Positions 32,857 to 41,717 of a stretch of DNA of 44,087 nucleotides are shown in pieces. The notes under the pieces were generated by a model. That model was not told the origin of the DNA and made no database searches. It worked only from the letters and a program-made list of their open reading frames with translations. Source of the stretch: Macrostomum lignano. Its lineage: Eukaryota. The stretch lies in NCBI GenBank assembly GCA_002269645.1, contig NIVC01004498.1, positions 1-44,087 on the forward strand, read 5' to 3'. Positions within the stretch are counted from its first letter, which is position 1. Each line of letters opens with the position of its first letter. The position numbers and the translations under genes were made by a program.

Positions 32857-33552
32857 GGCACTACTCAAACCTTGAGCAATAGCCTGGCCAAGCTATTGTA
32901 AAGTGACGACAGAGCGACTTCATTAATTTTGCGCGCACGTGTTAGAGTTAACACTTTTTAAGTCCGTTACGTTTTGAAACTCGAGTAAAATTTGGTGTAC
33001 AGGTTTGAGCACCTGTCAAATTTGAGTACAGTTTGAGCACGCGTGTTAAAATTTTGTTTTGACGAGCTCGAGCAAGTGTGAGTTTAAAACAAAACCGAAA
33101 TTAACTTCGTCGGTACACTGAAAACAAACCAAAAATAAAAAGAATCGTCGACGCAAAACAAACAAAAAATAACTGAAACATTTTGCCGGCACAAAAACTA
33201 AAACAAAACCGAAATTAATTGAAACTTCGTGGAGAGCAGAGTTAATTGACAAAAGAGAGAGAGTCAAAGAAGAGAAGAAAGACTTTGCAAAGCAAGAAGA
33301 CAAGTCCACTTCAACTTGAAGATACACTTTGCGGGACGCCGCATAAGTGCGAAATCAGCAAGCGAACAGAACAAGTTCATTTGAGGACAACCAGTGGCAG
33401 CAAGCCACACCGCATCCGAGGCCAGCGAATAACAAATCGACACCACAAGGCAATTCGTTACAGTCGAGGTTTATTCCGAGGCAAACACCACACTGGACGA
33501 TCCGTTACAAATCGATCCAGATCTTGAACTACCGTTCTACCCTATCAACAAC

Positions 33553-36183
33553 ATGGCGCGGCGCAATCCAACGGTACACAGAGACATCAAAGAAACGGTC
33601 GGTACTTTCTCGATGGAGAAAGATTTTAACACATTTGTCGACCATTTTGACCTGGTATGTAGGGAATACAACCTACAAAATCCAGAGAAGGCACAGCTGC
33701 TGCCACCTCTTCTCCAAGGTACTGCGCGAGAAATTTACGGCAAGCTGGATGCGGCAACACAGCAAAATTATCCAGCACTAATCATTCAACTGCGCGCGCA
33801 TTTCAACCGTTGCGGCACAAACAGATCAGTGCTGCTGCACAAGTTGCATAACAGAAGGATGCAAGCAACAGAATCCTTCCTCGCCTTTGTGGACGATATC
33901 CGCCAGATAATTAAGGCACTGCATCAGCCACCGCTGCAAGCTGCGGACCAACCACCACTGGGAGCGGCAGAATTGGCCGCCAGAGAAAGACAACGATTGA
34001 TGGATCGTGAACAAAACCTCATCCTGCACGTAATAAACAACGCACAGCCGTCACTTCGGGATAGACTTTTGCGTGAAAATATCGAAACCGAAGAAGACCT
34101 TTTGCGTTGCGGAATGCAATGGGAAGCCAGTGCCCCATTAATGACGACAGGCAACAATGAAGTGCAGAAACTGACGCAGCAACTAAACAAGTTAATGCAG
34201 CACCAGACAGCTGCTATCGCCGAACAAAAAAGACGAAATGAACAAGCCTCAGCCAGATGTTACTACTGCGGACAAGAAGGACATTATCAGATTAATTGTC
34301 CTCATTGGTCAACAAGATACGACAAGCCGCGACAGATATTCAACAATCAGAAGCCGCAGAAACCATGGCAGCAATATCAAAATCGCCAACAACAAGGCAT
34401 AAGACGCTTCGGAAATGATAGACGCTTCGGAAATAATGACCGCTCCGGAAATGATGGCCGCTTCGGAAACGAAGGCCGCTTCAGAAGTAATGGCTACAGG
34501 CCACGCAACGTCAGATACACACAAAGACAGCCGACGCAAGCAATGCCACGATACGCGAATGCCATCACGTACACACCGGAAAATGAACAGCAAGAACAGC
34601 AAGTGTTCACAATTGACGACTTGGAAATGGACTTCACAGTCCCGGAACTTGACATCAGCTTGATCGAAAAGAAGACGACGCACGAGGACAACACTGACAA
34701 CACAGAAGAGACGAATGAAACCGAAATGATCAAATTAAAAGAGACCACCGGAGACAGCAGAGAAAACAGGAAGAAAGTAAATCACAAGACAAGGGAGGAG
34801 GCGGAGAGCGACATCGGCAACGAAGAAAAGATGAAAACCGGCGAAGAAAACAACTATGAATCGACAACAGTGGATGACGACAAAACGAGCATGAAAGACA
34901 AAGAAATGAAAGAAGAAGAAGAATGTAGAAGTTACGGCAACGACCACGACTGCGAGGTGCGTGATGACACGAACGACTACCAAGCCGAAAGAGGAATGCA
35001 GGAAGAACCGAGAGCGGAGAATCTAAGTTCCGACAGCGATCAAGGCTACGAAATACAATGGAAAGATGAAGAAATGGAAAAAGAACAGGTGAAAGAAAAG
35101 CCGAGTTCCGACAGCGACGAATGCTACGAGATCCGATACAAACGAAATGGTGAAGCCTATATTCAAACGGTCGACTACAAGACAGAGAAAAGATACCAAA
35201 CGCAATGGAGTGAAACAACGGAAACATCGGAAGAAGCTGCAGACGAAGATAATGAAATAACCAAAAAGCAAAGCGAATCAGAAGCCTTCCGCCTGGATCA
35301 GCCAATGGAACAACCGAAAGAATATGATGCGGACATGGAAGATAACGAATGGCGATCGCAGCCAATGCCAGCAAGGACAACGGCAAAATCCAAGAAGTGG
35401 AAAAACTGGCTATTCTGGATCATCGTGATACTACTGATAGCAGTAGTCGCCAAAGCAACGGCAACGGAAAAGCCAATTCCAATGATTTGTCCAACGGATG
35501 CGCATATCCAACCGATGATCTACAAGATACCAACCGACATCAAATGCAGTTACTTCAAGACAAACCAGACAAAACCAAAGAAGATTACACTCGATCTCTA
35601 CAAGGCTAACATCAAGAAGCATCGACAACACGGGATAGTATGCTTCAGAGACAAGCACCTGGTGGAAAAAGTTTGGCGCGGACAATGGAACCGGATCCGA
35701 TTTAAACAACATGAGCTACATGTGTCGCACGCGGAATGCCTACAATGGAATCAAACACTATTTTCAAAGGATGGTGAACTGGAACCAGATGAGAAGGTCG
35801 GCAACGCACAGCTGTTCAGAACAAAGAATTCAGCCAACGGTCGATATATTCACTTCTTCGGAAAATGGAAAGAATATATGGCACGCAACAGCTACTTGAT
35901 CAGAAATATTCCATTCTACTACAATCCGTACGAGAAAATGGAATCGTTACAGCTGCAACTAAGCGAATGTCGATACAGTGAAGGATGGTGTCCAACGCCG
36001 ATTCTACGGAAGGAAGAACTACACAGTCTACCACTGAGTCCAACATATCATCAAGACTATCGATGGCAGATTGAGCACAGAGCACAATCACACTATGAGG
36101 AACCGTACAAATCACGACAATATTTCTTCGCATGGAAAGTAGAGCCGGAAATTGACTGCAAGCTTCAAAAGTATCACAAGTGA
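33553..36183 (+). CDS. gag: Gag (capsid-like, CCHC knuckle) + acidic spacer + internal signal peptide + N-terminal half of Env
   Basis: Ty3-type Gag, CYYCGQEGHYQINC at 34258-34299, basic-hydrophobic-AxA segment KSKKWKNWLFWIIVILLIAVVAKATA at about 35386-35463, then a Cys-rich ectodomain. Confidence 0.9.
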   Translation: MARRNPTVHRDIKETVGTFSMEKDFNTFVDHFDLVCREYNLQNPEKAQLLPPLLQGTAREIYGKLDAATQQNYPALIIQLRAHFNRCGTNRSVLLHKLHNRRMQATESFLAFVDDIRQIIKALHQPPLQAADQPPLGAAELAARERQRLMDREQNLILHVINNAQPSLRDRLLRENIETEEDLLRCGMQWEASAPLMTTGNNEVQKLTQQLNKLMQHQTAAIAEQKRRNEQASARCYYCGQEGHYQINCPHWSTRYDKPRQIFNNQKPQKPWQQYQNRQQQGIRRFGNDRRFGNNDRSGNDGRFGNEGRFRSNGYRPRNVRYTQRQPTQAMPRYANAITYTPENEQQEQQVFTIDDLEMDFTVPELDISLIEKKTTHEDNTDNTEETNETEMIKLKETTGDSRENRKKVNHKTREEAESDIGNEEKMKTGEENNYESTTVDDDKTSMKDKEMKEEEECRSYGNDHDCEVRDDTNDYQAERGMQEEPRAENLSSDSDQGYEIQWKDEEMEKEQVKEKPSSDSDECYEIRYKRNGEAYIQTVDYKTEKRYQTQWSETTETSEEAADEDNEITKKQSESEAFRLDQPMEQPKEYDADMEDNEWRSQPMPARTTAKSKKWKNWLFWIIVILLIAVVAKATATEKPIPMICPTDAHIQPMIYKIPTDIKCSYFKTNQTKPKKITLDLYKANIKKHRQHGIVCFRDKHLVEKVWRGQWNRIRFKQHELHVSHAECLQWNQTLFSKDGELEPDEKVGNAQLFRTKNSANGRYIHFFGKWKEYMARNSYLIRNIPFYYNPYEKMESLQLQLSECRYSEGWCPTPILRKEELHSLPLSPTYHQDYRWQIEHRAQSHYEEPYKSRQYFFAWKVEPEIDCKLQKYHK

Positions 36184-36416
36184 AGGAGGACTACTGTCGA
36201 ATACGTTTTTGGCAAAGCAGGAGACTTGGCCTTGACGTTTCAAAAGAAGCCGGTTGAACAGGAACTCAAATGCAAGGATACGGACAAGACGCTATTCATC
36301 TCGGAGCAAGAAATACCAGTCTACGTGAAGGATGGTGACAAACAAACCTTCTGGCAATCATAAACGGAACATATCAGCAACAAGAGAGACAACGACGCGA
36401 CATAGAATGTCCACGA
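36184..36416 (+). pseudogene. env: Env middle segment bridging the two ORFs (after the in-frame TGA; frameshift near 36335)
   Basis: Frame 1 continues RRTTVEYVFGKAGDLALTF...C...LFISEQEIPVYV. Frame 3 is open from 36339 (QTNLLAIINGTYQQQERQRRDIECPRL) into the 36417 ORF. Confidence 0.75.
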
Positions 36417-39400
36417 TTGGTGTCAAACCGACTGCTGTCAGCAAAGATCACGGCGCTGGATCACAACCTGCATAACCAGCTTAACCACTTACATCGGTCA
36501 CTGGTCCAGCTAACTTGCAAAATGCACGCAATCAACTTAAATTATGCCAGACAAAACTACTATGTCAACCCTACGATGACTTTTCGTAAAATCACCGGAA
36601 TGACGAACGTTTTGGCAGTTCCAATATACGAGCATCTGTTGATATACAAGTGCACGCCGATACAGCACTTTAACATCTTGCCGTCAAACACGTCAACAAC
36701 CTGCTACGATAAGCCAAGGATTGAAGCGTTCTACGAAGGAAAACGAATTCAGGGATTCTTGGACACGGTACACAACATCATCGTTGGCACCGCAATACCG
36801 AGACCTTGCACCACGGCAGTAAACTACTATCAACTGGACAATGCACTACACGTCATCAAAACAACTGGAACGACAGCAAACGTCACAGAACCGGAAGTAA
36901 TCGTCGACGAAAACTACGACATGGAGGATTTGAAAATCCGATTCAACAGAACGAAGTATACGCCATTCGCCGATATCCAACTTGACGAGATAACACCAGG
37001 ATGGACGATCAACGACTTCTTGCAAGCGTTCATCACCCAACGCAAGATGATTCACCAGCTGTTCACAAGAAAGGACAAAGGAACCGGGACAGGAAGATTT
37101 CCCGTCCTTGTTTCAATGGACAGCGCCATCAAATCATTTTGGACAAATAGCTTCTGGGAGCTGCTCAATGGAAGAGGCAGTCTCTATCAAGGATTCATCT
37201 TCTACGGTGCTTGCATTGTGTGGATTGTCACGGCAATCTTCATCATTTCATCGATCGTACGGTGCTTCAGTCAAACTTGTCCAAGAGCTAAGAAGACAGT
37301 GAATGCCATAATGCAAAGAACGACAACGGAAAGCGACAACAGTTTAGAACTAACAGAAACTGCACATTGTGAGGTTCAAGGGCAACCGACACTAGCAACG
37401 CGGCTATATCCATCGATTCCGACAACACCAACGGCACCAAGGATACAACCACCCAACTATCAAGCAGAACAGCACGAGCCAAAATGGCCGGAAAACTACG
37501 TCTGTACGCTACACGCCGAGATTGGCAAAGCAATGGCTCAGGTCATTGTCAACAACTTGCCATGTCGAGCACTACTGGATTCAGGCAGCTCGATCACAGT
37601 CATCTCGCAACAATTATGCAACAAGCTACGACTCGCGGTACGACCAGCAGCAATCGCAGTTGCAGGAGCAGGAGGACATTCACTCAACATCCTAGGAAAA
37701 GCAGATATCGACTTGAAAATTGCTAATAAACAGCTGACGGTCCCGACGTACATCATCGACAGACTACCAAACCAAGACGTCATCGTTGGAATCGACACGT
37801 TCAAGCAGCTTCAACTACCATTGACCTTCGACTTCAACAAGCAAACGTTTAGGATCGACACGGTGGAGCAACCGCTGATCAACCAGATTCGAGTACTACC
37901 GAAAGTAACTCTGCAGCAAGATGTCATTATCCAGCCTGAAAGCGCATGCTGGGTCAGAGCGAAAACGACCAGCGCGGCAGATGAAGCAATGATATTTGAT
38001 CCACACAGGAGAGTCACGGCAAAACATCAAATCATGATGCCTACGGCACTAGTGCTGGTTGCAAAGGATAAGCAACTGCCAGTACAAATCTTCAACCCGA
38101 ACACAGAAACGGTTCATCTACGACAAGGAATGTGCATCGGTCATCTCAACACCCAAGCATCGGTTATGCTGATTGAACAAGCGACTCCACGACTAACAGA
38201 GGAAGAATTTCAAAAGAAGATCAATTTGGATGACAGCCCGATTACGGAACAGCAAAAGAGGAAAGTTCGACAGCTGTTGTGGAAGTACAACGAAGCCTTC
38301 TGCCATCATGATTACGACATCGGACGAGCCAAGGACATCAAACAGGAAATCAAACTTCTGCCGCACACGGAACCAATTCAGTGCAAGCCGTACCCGATCG
38401 CCAAGCATCTGCAACAACACTTTGACGAAATCATCGATAAAATGCTAAAGCACGGCATCATCAGCAAAGCTATTTCGGCTTACTCCTCACCGTGCCTACT
38501 GGTACAGAAGAAGGAGACAAACGAAAGACGACTCGTATGCGACTTCAGACTGTTGAACAAGTACATACCGACGGATCAGCAAAGCCTACCGAAGATCTCC
38601 GAACTACTAGCAAAGCTCAACACGGCAAAATTGTTCACGGTGTTCGACCTACGTCATGGATTTTGGCAAATTGAAATCGAGAAAGAGTCACGACAGTACA
38701 CGGCTTTCAAAACCTACAATGGACAAGTATACGAGTACAATCGATCGCCGATGGGACTTAGCAACAGCCCAGCAACGATGAGTCGACTAACAGCATACAT
38801 GCTAGCAGGATGCACGAACCTGCTGCACTATGTCGACGACATTTTAGCCTACGGAGAGGATTTCGAGCGACTCTACGAAGCTACGGAGAAGGCCCTAGCG
38901 CTCATTCAACGCCAAGGTCTGAAGCTACAACCAACTAAATGCAAATTCTTCCGAGACAACGTGCGTTACCTGGGACATCAGGTGACAGCCAAAGGAATCT
39001 CACCGGACCCAGACAACGTGGAAAAGGTGAAGAAGTTTCCTACGCCAACCAGTATAACGAAGGTCCAATCATTCCTTGGACTTGCGCAATACTTCAGGAA
39101 GTTCTTACCTAACTTCGCAAAGACAGCAAAGCCACTGTACGACCTGCTCAAGTTCGACAAATGGAAGCAAGACAACTGGACACAGAGACAACAGGAAAGT
39201 TTCGACGAAATCAAACGACAGCTGACATCAGACGCACTGCTACAGCATCCGGACTTCGACAAGCCCTTCATCATCGAGACAGACGCCTCAGGAACGGGAC
39301 TCGGAGCAGTCCTACTACAGGAAACCGAGGACAAGAAGGAACGACCTATTGCTTACGTCAGTCGAGCACTCAAACCAAATGAGACAAAGTGGTCAGCTAC

Positions 39401-41042
39401 GGAACGAGAGCTACTAGGAGTCTTGTTCGCCCTGCGACAGTTTCATTACTACATCTATGGTTCTCCAATACAGACGATAGTACGCACGGATCATGCACCA
39501 TTGACCTACGTCGTAACTACAAAAGGACAGACCAACAACCGACTCATCAGGATGACACTCAAGATCCAGGATTACAACTACAAACTCGTCTACAAACCAG
39601 GAATTACCAACAAAGCCGCGGACGCCCTGTCAAGAGCCTATGAAGTCAACGCCATTCATCCAATCCCTAACATCAAGGAGTTGGTGGATGAAACCGAGCG
39701 CGACAACTTCTACCAAGCGGTTAAAGACGACGACAAGAACATCAAACTCAGTCCCATGGAACGAAAATTCCTACGCAAGCAACGACAACACCTAACAATC
39801 AATAAGTCACGGCTCTACTGGATGAGCGACAATAAACCCAAGATCTACATACCATATTCGTTTCGGCAAGCAATTCTCAACGAGCTACACGACAACCCAC
39901 TCGCTGGACACCTGTCGGCAGCAAAGACCATCGCGAGAGTGGAACAATACTACTTTTGGCCAACTATGTACGGCGACATCAAGCAGTATTGCAACAACTG
40001 CCATTCATGTGCTGCATCAAAGACAGGACGACGACAGAAACCGCAGCTACAGTCCATTCCGAAGTCGACTACAATGGACTGTCTAAGCATCGACATCACC
40101 GGACCGCTACCACCGAGCTGTCTCCAGGGCATCGCCTACACCTACATTCTAACCGCCTTGGATATCTTCTCGAAGTTTGCTATCGCCATACCGATACCGG
40201 ACATCACAGCTCAGACAGTGGCAATGAGTTTCTTCAACGAAATCATTTGCAAGTACGGCACGCCGAAGAACCTCACATCGGACAACGGATCGCAGTTTAC
40301 ATCGCAACTGTTTCAGCAAGTCGTAAGGATTCTCAACATTACGCAGATCTACACATCGACCTACAATCCGAAGGCAAACATGGTTGAACGGTTTCACCGC
40401 AACCTGCACGAGATGATTACACATTTCGCGCACCAACAGCCGGAAGACTGGATCATCTACCTGCAATCTGTAACAATGGCCTACAACAGCGCTATTCATC
40501 GATCAACGGACAATACGCCATTCTTCCTAATGTTTGGACGAGACTTCCAACCGCCGAATCTGCTCGCACAGCAATTGCTACCATCGCAGTACGTGGAAGT
40601 ACCGACTTCCATTCAGAAATTCGTCACGCAACTACACCTCGCATGGAAGATCGCCAAGCACAACATTGACAACCAGGTGGCTCTGACCACCGGCAACGAC
40701 GCGAGATCGACAACCCTGACGGCCGGCGACATCGTCTACCTACACTACCCGCCACAGCAGACGCATAAACATGCACAGAAGTACAAAGGACCCTATCGAG
40801 TGGTCCAACTAACGTCACCAACAACGGCACGCCTGGCTAATGTACAAGATCCACATCAGCACCAGTTCTACGTACACATTCATCGACTAAAGAAGATCAA
40901 CACTGACACAGCGACGTTTCTACCGACATTAGACAACGCTGATCGCACGCGTTCAACGAACCGCCACATCGCGACGAAGCACGAGGAGACTCAAACGACA
41001 GATGTGAGCCAGCCACATGGCTACAACCTACGACCACGCTAG
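36417..41042 (+). CDS. pol: C-terminal Env (coiled coil, TM) fused to Pol (protease, RT, RNase H, integrase)
   Basis: TM FIFYGACIVWIVTAIFIISSIV at 37194-37259, LLDSGS at about 37572-37589, YVDD at 38829-38840, IETDASG, HDNPLAGH...CHSC, IDITGP/DNGS/VERFHR and GPY. Confidence 0.97.
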   Translation: MVSNRLLSAKITALDHNLHNQLNHLHRSLVQLTCKMHAINLNYARQNYYVNPTMTFRKITGMTNVLAVPIYEHLLIYKCTPIQHFNILPSNTSTTCYDKPRIEAFYEGKRIQGFLDTVHNIIVGTAIPRPCTTAVNYYQLDNALHVIKTTGTTANVTEPEVIVDENYDMEDLKIRFNRTKYTPFADIQLDEITPGWTINDFLQAFITQRKMIHQLFTRKDKGTGTGRFPVLVSMDSAIKSFWTNSFWELLNGRGSLYQGFIFYGACIVWIVTAIFIISSIVRCFSQTCPRAKKTVNAIMQRTTTESDNSLELTETAHCEVQGQPTLATRLYPSIPTTPTAPRIQPPNYQAEQHEPKWPENYVCTLHAEIGKAMAQVIVNNLPCRALLDSGSSITVISQQLCNKLRLAVRPAAIAVAGAGGHSLNILGKADIDLKIANKQLTVPTYIIDRLPNQDVIVGIDTFKQLQLPLTFDFNKQTFRIDTVEQPLINQIRVLPKVTLQQDVIIQPESACWVRAKTTSAADEAMIFDPHRRVTAKHQIMMPTALVLVAKDKQLPVQIFNPNTETVHLRQGMCIGHLNTQASVMLIEQATPRLTEEEFQKKINLDDSPITEQQKRKVRQLLWKYNEAFCHHDYDIGRAKDIKQEIKLLPHTEPIQCKPYPIAKHLQQHFDEIIDKMLKHGIISKAISAYSSPCLLVQKKETNERRLVCDFRLLNKYIPTDQQSLPKISELLAKLNTAKLFTVFDLRHGFWQIEIEKESRQYTAFKTYNGQVYEYNRSPMGLSNSPATMSRLTAYMLAGCTNLLHYVDDILAYGEDFERLYEATEKALALIQRQGLKLQPTKCKFFRDNVRYLGHQVTAKGISPDPDNVEKVKKFPTPTSITKVQSFLGLAQYFRKFLPNFAKTAKPLYDLLKFDKWKQDNWTQRQQESFDEIKRQLTSDALLQHPDFDKPFIIETDASGTGLGAVLLQETEDKKERPIAYVSRALKPNETKWSATERELLGVLFALRQFHYYIYGSPIQTIVRTDHAPLTYVVTTKGQTNNRLIRMTLKIQDYNYKLVYKPGITNKAADALSRAYEVNAIHPIPNIKELVDETERDNFYQAVKDDDKNIKLSPMERKFLRKQRQHLTINKSRLYWMSDNKPKIYIPYSFRQAILNELHDNPLAGHLSAAKTIARVEQYYFWPTMYGDIKQYCNNCHSCAASKTGRRQKPQLQSIPKSTTMDCLSIDITGPLPPSCLQGIAYTYILTALDIFSKFAIAIPIPDITAQTVAMSFFNEIICKYGTPKNLTSDNGSQFTSQLFQQVVRILNITQIYTSTYNPKANMVERFHRNLHEMITHFAHQQPEDWIIYLQSVTMAYNSAIHRSTDNTPFFLMFGRDFQPPNLLAQQLLPSQYVEVPTSIQKFVTQLHLAWKIAKHNIDNQVALTTGNDARSTTLTAGDIVYLHYPPQQTHKHAQKYKGPYRVVQLTSPTTARLANVQDPHQHQFYVHIHRLKKINTDTATFLPTLDNADRTRSTNRHIATKHEETQTTDVSQPHGYNLRPR

Positions 41043-41162
41043 AGTTTAGAGAACAACCCCGTGTAGTGACCGGGATAAAGAATAGCACTACAGCTTCGCA
41101 AGCTTGTCGTAAAAGGCGACTAATCCGAGCGACACAAAGACAGCGACAAATTGACGACAATT

Positions 41163-41537
41163 ATGGGCAACGCACTGTCAAAACAGGCGCCCCAGCCTCA
41201 GCAGCTATATGACTGCCCGATATGTTTAACTGATGACTTGGCTGTCAAGCCACCGACTATTTGCATCAACGAACATAAAGTTTGCGGACAATGTTTAAGC
41301 GATTCACATTATATTCAGCCATGGCAGAATTGTCCCCTCTGTAGAGATAGTTTGCGACAATGTGCCTATTGTTATTCTTGGCGCACGTTTCAATATTGTA
41401 ACCACCAACATTTTATTTGCATGCACTGTTTGAAGCAAACCGCTAGTAGGGGCGTTATAGGATGCCCCTTATGTAATAGTATGCCGCGAGACTGCACGTT
41501 TCGAAAGTGGTGTCGGATCAAACCTGATGCCACTTGA
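41163..41537 (+). CDS. Accessory tandem C3HC4 RING protein with a predicted N-myristoylation signal (124 aa)
   Basis: MGNALSK; RING1 CPIC..CINEHKVCGQC..CPLC; RING2 CAYC..CNHQHFICMHC..CPLC. Confidence 0.85.
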   Translation: MGNALSKQAPQPQQLYDCPICLTDDLAVKPPTICINEHKVCGQCLSDSHYIQPWQNCPLCRDSLRQCAYCYSWRTFQYCNHQHFICMHCLKQTASRGVIGCPLCNSMPRDCTFRKWCRIKPDAT

Positions 41538-41702
41538 TGTCTACGCGATATTCGAGTTTTGACCGCAATATGTACTGAAAAGTTTTTAGAGTTTTGACCA
41601 AACCCTCGCTTCACTAGACGCGCACAAAATCAATTGTTTATTTCCTATATTAACTGATCACCACAGAATTTTATTGTTAAAACTCGGGACGAGTTTTTTC
41701 GT

Positions 41703-41714
41703 AAAAAAGGGAGA
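41703..41714 (+). other. Polypurine tract
   Basis: AAAAAAGGGAGA three nt before the 3' LTR. Confidence 0.85.
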
Positions 41715-41717
41715 TTT

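Noticed and set aside
36325-36345. Programmed -1 ribosomal frameshift separating gag and pol
   Set aside because: No canonical slippery heptamer, and the site lies inside the Env ectodomain rather than at a gag/pol boundary. Kept only as a lesion.
33826-41160. Numerous short antisense and alternate-frame ORFs within the LTR element
   Set aside because: No recognisable motifs; expected by-products of a long biased coding strand.
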